63,106 nucleotides of DNA, filler included, from Klebsormidium nitens (GCA_000708835.1; 5 parts of 5 records of this genome joined end to end with filler, not necessarily neighbours in it); one strand, 5' to 3'; positions 13,167 through 24,190 are shown, counted from the whole stretch's first letter. A program made the numbers and translations. Notes: generated by a model from the letters alone, not told the origin.

Positions 13167-13525
13167 GGTTACAACGATCCTCGACACGTTGTTTGAGCGG
13201 TCAAAGTACGCAGTGTATTGGAGCAATACTAGCAATCCGTTGAGGGAGTCGATCAAGAGGGGGCGGCGTTGAGATTCTTCTGTATTACCCTATTACTCAT
13301 TACCCACCGCCTCAGGTTCCATTTTGGTATTTACATTTGTCATGTGGTGATGGATGCATTGAAGGGGGTTCATATTCTAAAAAGCAATGCACCGATTTCG
13401 TCTTTCTTGCCTTTTTCGGGCCTTCTCAATCCTACTCCATGACCGTACAGACGGCAAGCATTGTAAGGAGACTATTGCTAGGGTAGAATTACTAATTCAC
13501 TGTACTTTTGGATCGTCTCAACTGT

Positions 13526-14004
13526 GATACAAACACTGATGCGCATTTTAGTACCGTATCATGCGTCAAAAGGATAAAGATGTATCTTTGTTTGACGTAA
13601 ACGAACAACCCGCAATGGATTTTTTTGCTGCAAAAAAGAAGTGATTTTCACTTTTGTACGCGGATCATGTCGCAATGAAGCATTTTTTGCCTGATACAAG
13701 AGATACAGATGATACGCGAAATTGCTATATGCGGCGCCGTATATACTAAGCAATTGTTGTTGTTTTTCAAACTTACTATAGTAATCTTTATATATGTATC
13801 TTGTATCACATGTATCAGCCTCAAAAAAGCACACCTCGCGAGGCGAGGCAAAGAATCTGCTTTTTTGAGCCTTCAGCATGACATAATGCGACGCACAACA
13901 GAGTCCAAATTTGCCGTCAAAAGGCACGGTATGGAAAGGGAGTCCGATTTTTGATGTTGATACACATCCGTCTTAAACGACCACATTTATGTATCATCTG
14001 TATC
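13526..14004. promoter_or_regulatory. Cluster of 12 WGATAC(A/G) motifs in both orientations (candidate iteron/origin region)
   Basis: GATAC/GTATC at 13526, 13556, 13582, 13693, 13702, 13711, 13796, 13803, 13812, 13959, 13991 and 14000. The function is inferred only. Confidence 0.45.
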
Positions 14005-14023
14005 AGTTACCAATTGCTCAACT

Positions 14024-16633
14024 TCAGTGCTCTTCGGCCTGAAGTTCATCATCGGTCTTCAGGCGAATGCCAAAAAAACCTCTGCCTCTTGATCTACCAT
14101 CATTCGTTCTGACCATGAGGGCTTTCCCACCATTAGGCGGTTGTTGCAAGTATCCCTTTAAGCGCATTGCCCTCGCCAATCCATCACCCGCCAAACCCAC
14201 GTCGTGCCCACCAGCATACAAGAAATCCTTAAAGGCTTCAACGAAATCGGATTTGGCGATCTTCGCAGTGGGGTCTTGTGTAAAGCAAGCCTCGTCTATG
14301 AAAGCTTGAAGCCTGTCATTCTCCTCAGCGTACTCATCTGCAGCTGCCTTGAATATTGCGGGGATTGGAGATAGAACTTTTGCAGCAGGTGCGAGTGCTT
14401 TTTTTTCATAGTACATCATCGCACCTCGAACGCAAAAATCCAGAGTGTCTGCGGCTCCCTCGTCTGACTCAAAGTAAGGCTTCACACTCAAGTCGATGGG
14501 CTTGTGCCATTTGTTGGTTGCGTCCAGCTCGTTGGGGTTCTTGAATGTGTAGTTGAACATGATGAGCACGATCCGTCGGATCAATGCGGCATCGTCGCTT
14601 GGAAAATGGGGCCTGAAGTTGGTGAAGAGACAGAGCTTATATTGGGGAACGTAGCTTTGCGGTTTGCAAAAGAGCTCTCGAGCATTGAGTTTGCCGCCTC
14701 CACTTGCCTCCTTTAAAAACGGTCCATTGAGCTCCTCAACCCCGTCGGATTCGTCATTGGTGACAAATCTCTTGGTACGAATCTGCATGAGGTGGGTCGA
14801 AGCCGCGGTTGCATTTGCTTTGAACGTTGGCTTGATGAATATGGCCTTGTTCTCGGCACAAATATAGCTCCCAAATGCTCTCTCAAGCGCTTGCTTTAAC
14901 GCGGACTTCCCATTCGCGCCCGAAAAGCCGTTTGCTATGACGAGAAGCTCCTCCGATGTCTCACCGGTGAGGCAATATCCCAGAAACATCTGGAGCCAGT
15001 CGATTGCCTCCGATGGGAGGATTTCCATCAGAAACGTTCTGAATCTGGACGTGGGCCGCAGTGAAGCGCCGGAAACGTATACGCTCGTCTGATTATTGCA
15101 GAGGTTTTGAGGATGATGCGGCAAAAGCGCCCCCGTCTGAAGATCGATCAAACCATTGGGCGCATTTGCGACCGCGTGATCCTGATCAAATATGTCGAGC
15201 AACCCCGGCACGTGCAAATCGTTGACAACAGAGTGCATGCACTTGCGCACGTCGACAATATCCTGCACGTTGATCTTGCCGAAGCTGGGCATGCTCTCAT
15301 CTAGTTCCTTCATGCACGCTTCTGTGGCCATCTTGATTTCCTTCAGCACCTTGGAGTTGACCTCTTCGATGTCGAGATGCTTGAGATTGCCATCCACCAC
15401 GTAGCCCTCCAAGTCCCGGTGCTTCGAGTACAGAGTGCCCAAAAATCTCTCTCGCTGCCATTCGTACCATGCCAGCAAACAGCCCATCTGACTTGTGAAG
15501 ACGCTCGTAACCATATTGCAGGTGTCTTGGATCCACGAAGAACCGTTCCAGACAAAAAAGTGCGATTCGCGGCTCTTTTCTGCATTCGTTGGTGGTCGCC
15601 AGAATGCGGCCCTCGATCATATACATGTACGCAAAGAGGCGTCCTAGGTTGGCGTACGCCTTCGGAGCCGCATGCTCAACAACGATCTTAAGCAGCAGGT
15701 CTTGGACCTCTTGAGTCCCTCTCGTGTACTGAGTTATCACTTGCATGTCGTCATGGGGGTCCACGGGCTCAGTGGTTGCATCTTGCAGAGCGGCCTTGAG
15801 GTCGTCCAGAACCCCGAGCTTTTTGGCCGGCTTGTGGGAGCAGTCGACACCGTGACAGCGATAGTAGACGTTTCGGCCTCTCTTGAGCAGGTTGAAATTG
15901 TTGCTTCCCGAGTGCATGTGGCCAAAGAGGCACCTTCGAGGCCCGTGTGTCCGATAGCAATAGTACGTCACGTACAAACCGTGCGGCAAAGTACCCGCGT
16001 ACGTGCTGGTCAAGTCGCCGGCCTCCCTCAGCATCTTTGCAAGTTCCGCCCGCAAGAGCTCTTTGCCGTGTGGCGACTCAGAGCTCGTGGCCGGCCGCCG
16101 ACTCTCGGGCTCGACTTCAATACTCTCCAATCCTTCGGATGATTCGATGAACGCTGCCGATGGTTCGATCCGTGGCACACCTTCGTCTTTGCTCGTCGTT
16201 GCGGCGGCGTTGACCGTTGCGATTGTTTACGAGCTCGACCAGCCAAGGATCCATCTCCTTGCACGCATCAAAGCTTGGGGGGCCGTTCAACCACTGGTAC
16301 TTTGCGACTTTGCCTTCGCCATTAATGTAGCTTGCCGGGGGGGCGTACACCAGGCCCCCGAGTCCACGTCCATCAACAGCATAGACTTTGCCATCAACCT
16401 TGATGGTCTCAAAGTTCAATGGATTTGCGCCATGAGTCGGGGTTCTTCATACGATTCCATTTTGGATGCTGAGCTTGCTTCCTCTGTCCATCCCAATAGA
16501 GTCGTACAGGGATTGCATAGAGGCCAGCGGCGGCTAGCCTTTCGATCTCGTGTCTAATAGCTAGAGGCCCCATGGCCTTGGAATCTCTGATGGCCTGAGG
16601 CCCAAGAGCGCTGGCTTGCTTACTATCAGACAT
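14024..16633 (-). pseudogene. Prim-Pol + Zn finger + D5-like SF3 helicase (primase-helicase), disrupted
   Basis: Prim-Pol ends GLYAIPV..KQAQHPKW and VDGRGLGGLVYAPP..YQW..PWL; Zn finger RRC..GHMH.GSNNF..YYRC..C; D5_N FFVWNGSSWIQD and NAPNGLIDLQTG; Walker A GANGKS, Walker B FVTNDE, motif C LFTNFRP. Frame breaks near 16415, ~16180 and ~15600. Confidence 0.88.
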
Positions 16634-16685
16634 CTTCTATTGCTTCACTAGAGAAAAAAGGGGCCTGTATGAACGTGCTTGAAAT

Positions 16686-17087
16686 TTGGACCGCGGTCAC
16701 GGGATGGAGTCAAATATAATCTCATGCAACATCAGGGCTCTCAATATGGACCATCAAAGCAATGACGGCTCTCAAAATAATTCGAACAATACTCTGTCCA
16801 TGAGTTCATGCCAGTGTCGCGCTTGCTGCACTCATAGGCAATATGCAAAGCTGCATCCGAGGAAGCACGCCGAAAACATGCGAGCATACTACCACAAACA
16901 CCAAGAATCCATATTGCTACGCCAAGCGTACAAAAGATATTTGAGGGGTCAAACAAAGAGACTACAGAAACAAACGTTGATCCGTTTGGCCAACGCGGGT
17001 TATGACGTGCCTCAAACGGCCTCTTTAAATGATGCCAAAGTACCAAGTCTTTCTTTAGGCGCCTTCACAAGCATAGAAGTCTCCTAG
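16686..17087 (+). CDS. Small basic protein of virus/PLV-like type (true start probably downstream)
   Basis: Basic helical segment NMRAYYHKHQESILLRQAYKRYLRGQTKRLQKQTLIRL lies between the D5 gene and the recombinase. The family is not established. Confidence 0.4.
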   Translation: MDRGHGMESNIISCNIRALNMDHQSNDGSQNNSNNTLSMSSCQCRACCTHRQYAKLHPRKHAENMRAYYHKHQESILLRQAYKRYLRGQTKRLQKQTLIRLANAGYDVPQTASLNDAKVPSLSLGAFTSIEVS

Positions 17088-17144
17088 AAAGCATCCGCCA
17101 GGACAGCCAAACAGCTCCGAAAGCCAATTATGACTATGTCAAAA

Positions 17145-18201
17145 TTAAATTTTTGAACCGTCCGGGTTGTACTTTTTCTCGTAGATTTTTTGAGCAATAG
17201 ATGCCGTGTGGAGCATTTGCCGTGCCAACTCCTCCCTCTCTCGCAAGCTGGGGGCGTCTTTCATTGCGTTCGAGACACAAATCTTCCGTAAAAGGCAACT
17301 TCCAACGGCTGCGTCCTTGAAAAGTCCGGTCGAGCGGAATTTTGTCATGTAGTTTCGACTCATTGGCTGATCAGGTGATCTCATGCGGGACAAAAGATGT
17401 TTGCGTGGAAAGACCTGAAGACTTTCAGCAATCACATTGTTGGACCGCGTGGACATATCAATGCTTGTCACGCCATGGTGTTTGACTGTCTTGAAGTCCT
17501 TTAGAACGAGACGAAATTGGTCCTTCTCGAATTCTACCATGTAGTTCTCAGATGATGATATGAGCTTGCGCGCCTCAGCGGTCCCGATGTCCTCAAATCG
17601 GACAATCGGGCACTCTGAATAATCATTACGTACGGCTGGTTGATACGTGAAGAGGCATAAAATGAGGTGGCGGATTAGGATGATCCTATCTTCGATTGAC
17701 AACTCCTCTGGCATTTTATGCAAAATCTTGCGATTCACGTATTTGCTGGAGCTCTACCCGGCGCTCATTGATCTGATCCAAATTCTTCCAGTTGGCCGCC
17801 TCACGCTCGGTGAGCTGTTGGGGCGGGGGCCGGGTTTCGTCCATGAGTTTGCGGACCGCCGTGAATCGTTGGTAGTACGCATCGTAGAGTCGTTTGTCAT
17901 TTGAGAATGCTTTTCTGCACACGACCAGAAGCGGATTAATGCTGGTTGCCTGCATACTTAGCTTTACGGGGTACGTCTCCTGAAAGTATTTGATGATTGT
18001 GTCGGAATCCTTGATCCATTCCAAATTGTTAAAGTTGCTCTGTTTGTGCAAACCCTGAAACAAGCGCATGACGTGCTTCACATATTGCGCAATTGTGTTT
18101 TGATTTCGATCGCCATCGTCGAATACTTGGCGTAGCAGATGTTCACCGTTGGTTACGGTGGTTACGCATTTTGTGCTTACGCTAGACTCTTCCATCTTCA
18201 A
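17145..18201 (-). pseudogene. Tyrosine recombinase of virophage/Polinton-like-virus (OLV11-like) type, one frameshift
   Basis: Motifs LTEREAANW, YQPAVRNDY (Arg), DFKTVKHHG (Lys), LLRKICVS (Arg) and MLHT..QKIYEK (His, Tyr). The two ORFs 17716-18201 and 17145-17738 overlap out of frame. Confidence 0.82.
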
Positions 18202-18461
18202 GTTTGCTGGGATAATGATGGAAATTTTTTCGACAAGCTGAACGCTCGTCTTCTCAGAAAACGTGATTATTCACGTTCTAAAATGTGTCAAACGAATTTA
18301 ACATGTAGAGTCGCTTTTGTCGATTTTCTGGTTACAAAAGCTTGTATAAGCCGGCTTCATAGCCAGACGGGCCGTATATTTTCGATCGAAAAGTTACTAA
18401 CTCAGATAATGTGACTGGCGGCATACAAAATTCAAAGATGGGGACTTTTGGCCGATTCATA

Positions 18462-19013
18462 TTATCTGGGCGACATGATTTCAGAGACTTCGTGAGCCAC
18501 TCGAGCCTTCTCCGGATTCGCAAGCATCTCAAGGCCCAAAAGCGGCTCATTGTTGTCCCACACAACGCTCGGAGCACGACAGGCAGATGACGGGAAGACC
18601 GCTCTTGGTTCCATGCAATTTGTGGGAGATAACACTCCTTTTTTATGCACGTCTGCATGGGTCGTAGAGATTTGCAACTTTCGTGCCCGACGTCGTGCTT
18701 GAGAGGCGTGTTTTAGGGCGACTCGCCAGCTTACCTTTATTGCATATGGGCCATGCAAACCGGATTTGTCCCAAAAGGCGCTGAACCCGTCAGCAACTAG
18801 CGACCGCACGAGCTGTCTGGTTATATGACGAAGGTCAAAGGGGTCAGCCAGCGCTCGAATGCCACCCAGAGCTGCGGCATCCAAGGTGGTCTCGAGCAAG
18901 CCAAATTCTTGATAAGATCGTATGATAGCTAATCGAGCACTCTCAAGAACGGACTTGTCCATCTCAATGATTGCAAAGGGCGATTGAGGACGATAGCCAA
19001 GAATTGCGTCCAT
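18462..19013 (-). CDS. Unknown protein; possibly the frameshifted C-terminus of the HIRAN gene
   Basis: The 183-aa ORF overlaps the end of 18929-19624 on the same strand. No domain recognised. Confidence 0.35.
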   Translation of the reverse strand: MDAILGYRPQSPFAIIEMDKSVLESARLAIIRSYQEFGLLETTLDAAALGGIRALADPFDLRHITRQLVRSLVADGFSAFWDKSGLHGPYAIKVSWRVALKHASQARRRARKLQISTTHADVHKKGVLSPTNCMEPRAVFPSSACRAPSVVWDNNEPLLGLEMLANPEKARVAHEVSEIMSPR

Positions 19014-19624
19014 TCAAACGGTTGATGTACCGTACACACAAAAAAATCACAAAGATACCATTGCACACGAGCAATCATTTTTCCAAGTACGTCTACGTCC
19101 ACCCCAGATTTGGGCAAGGTTGAAATGATTTCGTCTTTGATAGTCTCATGCACAGCAGCGCCGCATCGCGATATATGAGTGTCGATTAGGTTTGACGCTT
19201 TGAGCAGAATTTGGCAAACTGTATCATCAGAAGCGGTATCCGAGCATGCACCAGAGCTCGTCCCATAATCTATTCGAAGATCATTGATCTCCACCACAAA
19301 GCCCCACGGCCCATGGTAGCCCCTGCCCCAATTGATGCGGTAAACCCGTGCGGGCATCTCTATCCCTTTGCGGTCTGGATCATAAACTTTATGATCTTTG
19401 ATGTCGCGCCCAACAAACCCTGAAGGATTCTCACGATCCACCGAGTCGAAGATCCCAATGGCGTAGGTGTCATACCCGTTCCCAGAATGCTTGCAAAGCA
19501 TTAGCTCTTGGCCGGGTCGAAGCTTGCGAACGCGTTGTGGACGGCCTTCACAGCTGACCCCGACGGCTCGACATAACATGCGTCCATCCGGAAGTTGCTC
19601 CATTGTTGGTATATCCGCCACCAA
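18929..19624 (-). CDS. HIRAN-domain protein
   Basis: AVGVSCEGRPQRVRKLRPGQELMLCKHSGNGYDTYAIGI..SGFVGRD fits the HIRAN pattern (VvG..R....L..G..l.L.r.p.N.yD..AI.v..GYv). Confidence 0.7.
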   Translation of the reverse strand: MVADIPTMEQLPDGRMLCRAVGVSCEGRPQRVRKLRPGQELMLCKHSGNGYDTYAIGIFDSVDRENPSGFVGRDIKDHKVYDPDRKGIEMPARVYRINWGRGYHGPWGFVVEINDLRIDYGTSSGACSDTASDDTVCQILLKASNLIDTHISRCGAAVHETIKDEIISTLPKSGVDVDVLGKMIARVQWYLCDFFVCTVHQPFEWTQFLAIVLNRPLQSLRWTSPFLRVLD

Positions 19625-19669
19625 ACTCTCACCCTAAGTATACACCCGCGAGCTTGACAAACGAACTTG

Positions 19670-20460
19670 ATCGTGCAGATTGACGAGCTTCTGTACCATG
19701 AACTACAACGTTGCTGAAGAAAGTGTCTGGCAAGGGGGCCGTCAATTTGCACCGCGTGCTATACAAAGAAGCTCTTGAAACAGTGCAGATTGACGAGCTT
19801 CTGTACCATGAACTACAACGTTGCTGGAGAAAGTGTGCGGCATGGGGGCTGACAATTTGCACCGCGTGCTATACAAAGAAGCTCTTGAATCAGTGCAGAT
19901 TGACGAGCTTTGTACCACAGTGAACTACAACGTTGCTCAAGAAAGTGTGCGGCATGGGGGCTGACAATTTGCACCGCGTGCTATACAAAGAAGCTCTGGA
20001 AACGGTGCAGATTGACGAGCTTCTGTACCATGAACTACAACGTTGCTGAAGAAAGTGTCCGGCATGGGGGCTGACAATTTGCACCGCGTGCCATACAAAG
20101 AAGCTTTTGAAATAGTGCAGATTGACGAGCTTCTGTACCATGAACTACAACGTTGCTCAAGAAAGTGTCCGGCACTGTGGGGTCGTCAATTTGCACCGCG
20201 TGCTATACAGATAAGCTTTTGAAACGGTGCAGATTGACGAGCTTTGTACTATGAACTACAACGTTGCTCAAGAAAGTGTTCGGCATGGGGCCGTCAATCT
20301 GCACCCTGATGCTTAACAAGAAAGGCCTCACAAATGGTGCAGATTGACGACCTCGCTCTATCTCTTACAACATCGTTTGAATAAGTGACCAGCATGGGCT
20401 TGTCAATTTGCACCACCATGCTATACAAAGAAGCCTTTACAACCGTGCATATTGACAGCT
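19670..20460. repeat. Tandem array of ~7 units of 108-112 bp, each with inverted 12-bp boxes G(T/A)CAATTTGCAC-N30-GTGCAGATTGAC
   Basis: Left boxes at 19741, 19851, 19963, 20073, 20185, 20293 and 20402. The unit length is mostly not a multiple of 3, so it is non-coding. Confidence 0.92.
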
Positions 20461-20729
20461 TAGCTCATACTTTCTAACATGATGCATCTCACGAGCAGAG
20501 CACGGCGTGCTTTTAGGCGGTATCAAGTGAGCATAGGCTGAGCGACCGGTCTCGTTGCAACCGCTCTTAATGTTATTCGAACAATATGTCTGTCTGATCA
20601 CTGCAGCAAACCACAAAGACCAATGATAAACATGGCCTTCTAAGACGCTATGCACGCTCAAAGGCATTGCACCTTGATCAACTCCTGACCTGCACCACAA
20701 CGTCTATGAACCACTACCCCTCGGCACGA

Positions 20730-23700
20730 TCATGCACTCAGGACTAGTCCCGTCTCCGGAGTAAACCAACCGTACCGCTCATGCAGGCCCAACCAAATGG
20801 CGGGCGTCAACACGTGGGGATTCTTGAATTTGCCGGCGCTCCTTGAGCCCATACGTAGCTCAATCCCAAGGCCCGCCCTGAGCACGTTGCCCACTGCATT
20901 CCGCTTCTGAGCCCTCTTTTCTCTCACTTTCCCTTCGGCAGCCTTCGACGGCCTGGTGGTCTGCTGCACAAAGCCGTACAGGTTAAAGATGGTCTTCAAA
21001 CGGGTCTGGTTGGGCCCGATGTGCTCCGCATAGGCAGCCTGCACGCGCTCGTCCGAGACCTCCCACCGCTCCGCCTTATGATTCAGCTCCCCCTCCTCGC
21101 AACCCACGAGGAAGGCGAGGACGCGCACCGCAAACGGCACACGATTGACAGGGTCGCGCATTTCCTGGACGTACTCCTAAATCACGCCCTCCTCGTTGGC
21201 CTGCCCAAGTGCTCTGTTCAGGTCCGCGGCGAGGGCGTCGAAGCGGTGCTCCCGAAACCTGCAGGTCACGACAAGCGTCAGAGGGGCAGCAATATGAGAC
21301 TTTGGACGTACGATTTGCAGCCGAAGAAGGAAACAAAATTGAGCGGAACCTTTGGCTCTGGGCACATGCTGCAGACTTGAAGTTCACCGATCGTTCACTT
21401 CAGGTGGAAGTCGAAGGCAGCAGGAGGGCATCAATTTTTGCTCAAGAGACGAGCACGACTGAAATGAGGCGCTGACCTGAGATAGTTCGCGTGGGCCTCT
21501 CTTGTCCTCTTTGCATCGTCCTCGTCAGCGCAAAAGCGGGTGTAGAAGTCGTGATCAACCCGACTGGGGTCGACCTTGTACTCCTTCTTGACCATCTCGA
21601 ACAAGAACTCCTGGAACCTTGAAAGAGCTGAACGATCTACACCACCTTTTAGGCTTGAATGTAAAGAGCGACCAGTCAGATTGACTGCTGAGCCGTGCCG
21701 GGCAATCAGATCTCAGCTCACTACTGGGGCGCCTTACCTGCAGCTGTTTGCAAAGCACTGGTAGCGCGCAATGCGTGGCTCGTCCCGCTTGTATATCAGG
21801 TACGGGTTTTGGTTGCCTGGGGACGTGTGGCGCCTCCCCGCAATGCAGCACGTGGGCTCCGGCGTGCAAAAGTGGATGAAGAACACCCCCGGCCGCTCCT
21901 GCACCACCCGGTCGATCTGGGCCCCTGCGTGATCCTCCTGGTAGCGGGCGATGAGGATGGCCCGCTCCTGCTCGGTGAGATCCTCGCCGAGCCCCTCCGA
22001 GGTGCTCGCCTCGTCGAGGGCTAGCGCCCTCTGCCGGAAGGCCCCCACACGAGCGGGGGCAGGGGGGCCGCGCTGCGCGGTTGCCCACTGCCCAAGAAGG
22101 TCGGCGCTAATCTCGGTGGAGTCGGCCAGCTCTGCTTCCGAGTAAAGGCAGACCAGGTGGTCAGCGATCGCCTCAGAGCTGCCATCGCAGGGGACGAGGG
22201 AGCGAAGACGGTCCCCGAACTTGGAGGACCTCAAGATTCGGAAGCAGCGGTAGCGCCCATAGACGGACCCGTCCCACATGTAGGCGGATCCATTCTCCTT
22301 CCGCAAGAGCTCGATGCTCGCCTTCAGGTCGTCCGGGGGGCTCTCCAAGAAGCACCCAAAGGCCTTCCCGAACGCCCTCCTGGCTTCCAGGCCCCTCAGG
22401 TAAAACCCCTCCAGCACCTCGTGCACACTGTACTTGAACTCTTGCTTCGGGGGGCGCGCCGGACCGTGCGCCTTGCAAGCTTGGAAATGGAGCGCGCCCT
22501 CGGGGATGTTCAGCACCGAGGTTAAGAAACGGTCCCTGACCAGGTGGAAAGCCCCCAGGCGCCGTTCAAAGTCGCTTGAATCCTCGGTGGGGAGCGAAAA
22601 GTCCAGGTCGAAGTAGACGCGCCAGCAAGCATCGTCCTGGATGAGCTCGTACAGATGCGCAAACGGCCCAAGCGACCTTCGGTGCGCCACCAAGGCCGCG
22701 ACATTCTCGAAGCTGCCGTAGCGCTTTGCCCCCCCCTGGTGCACATCCTCCGCTACCATGATTGCACGCCCGTTTGCCCGCCTTTGCTGCAGCGCCTCCT
22801 CTAGCTTCTTGCACCAGCTGGGCCCACCATCTCCGACCGACGCAGCCTGCGGGGGCTCCCCAAGCAGCTGAGCGGGTGGCTCCAAGGGCGGAATTGCAGT
22901 TGACGGCTCAGCTGACGGCTCAGTTCCAGTGGGCTGACTTGTGTCCACTGCCGGGGGCTGGTTTGGCAGGTCGGGCGAAAGCGCCTGGTCGACGGGCGCC
23001 TGCTCCTGGTGGATAGGGGAAGGGAAGGGGCCGACTGTTGGGGGCTGACCGGGGACCACCTCGGGCTGTGCGCTTTGGATGGGGGGCGGGGCTGTGACCG
23101 GGGGCTTAGGGCGCTTGACTTGCTGAGCAGCAGCAAGCTCCTCAGCGAGGAAGCGAGAGGGTGGATCTTGGGCAGGGTGCCCGGCCGAGGAGGGGGGTTC
23201 ACGAGGATGCGAGAAGAAGGGAGGGGTTGGCTGCTGGGTGGCGGGTGCATCGTCGGCTGCGAGGGGCTGATTGCTTGGAAGCGGCGCCATCGGCGCCTGC
23301 TCCTCTTCTGCAAAAGGGGGCTCGGAGGGGGCTGCTGGTGGGGGCTGCTCAGCGCTCAGGGCAAGGCTGAAGCCATCTTGAGGAGGGGGGGCGACACGGG
23401 GCGAGGGAGGGGCAGCGGCGAGAGCGCCCGGGTCCTGGATGGTGCGGGCCGGGGGGTCATCCGCCGAGGTTGGCACGCCAAGAGGACGCACACGCCCGTA
23501 GCGTTTCAGGCGCCCCCCGCGTGCGGTCGCTTCCTCGGCGTCCCGCTTGGCTTGGAGGCGCTCTGCCAAGGCTCCAACGTTTGAGATGGGAGCGTCGGTC
23601 ACAAGTGCCTGCGTCAAAGAAACAATGAACAGGGGTTTTGATTCATCTGCGAAAGGAAGCCGGATCAAATACGCAGGATCATGTTTGCAACCATACAACG

Positions 23701-23743
23701 CCCCCCCTATTACAAGCAAGGCCACAGACATGTCTAACAGCAC
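20730..23743 (-). pseudogene. PrimPol/herpes-UL52-like archaeo-eukaryotic primase with Zn finger, two introns and one in-frame TAG
   Basis: AEP motifs HLYELIQ..WRVYFDLDF, KYSVH and DGSVYGRYRCFRILRSSK; Zn finger CCIAGRRH..GNQN..YQCFANSC; Pro-rich N-terminal linker. Phase-2 GT-AG introns at ~21738-21620 and ~21477-21258 restore the frame, and a TAG at 21177-21179 separates two in-frame segments. Confidence 0.82.
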
Positions 23744-23789
23744 TTGGAAACTCTAGGACAAAGCGCGCAGTACACTTGGCTGCCTGCCA

Positions 23790-24190
23790 AACCTAACCAT
23801 GGCACAAGGCAAGCCTGACCACGCTTCCGAATAAACTTGAGCACGGCCCCAAAACCAGGCCCAGAGCAAATTAGCAAACCCCGAATTAGCCATGTGACCA
23901 CGGCACAAGACAAGCCTGACCGCACCCTTAAGATCATTTGACCGCAGGCCCAACCCAGCCCCAAAACCAGCCCAAAACCGGGACCAGAGTAGACCCAAAA
24001 CCAGCCTAAGCGCGGCGCAAACACCAGCCTGACTGCGCTCCCTAGACTAGCTTGTTTTTGGCCCCGAACCAGCCTTAGAAACAGGCCCGCAGCATTCTCA
24101 AACCCAACCTACCACGCCCCCAAAACAGCCTGCCTGCGCCCTCTGACCAGCTTGACCACGGATCCGAAAGCAACCCAAACCAAGCCCAGA
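23790..24190. repeat. Strand-biased C/A-rich repeat region with recurrent CCCAAAACCAG
   Basis: About 6 variants of CCC(C)AAAACC(A/G)G, plus a 100-bp-spaced duplicate CCA(T/C)GGCACAAG(G/A)CAAGCCTGACC at ~23798 and ~23898. Confidence 0.7.

Noticed and set aside
13559-13954. ORFs over the GATAC cluster
   Set aside because: AT-rich, no domain signal, mutually overlapping; better explained as non-coding.
19629-20141. Short ORFs within the 110-bp array as a repeat protein
   Set aside because: The unit length is not a multiple of 3 and the frames stop within each unit.
19670-20460. CRISPR array
   Set aside because: Whole units are similar to each other; there are no unique spacers and no cas genes, and the context is eukaryotic.
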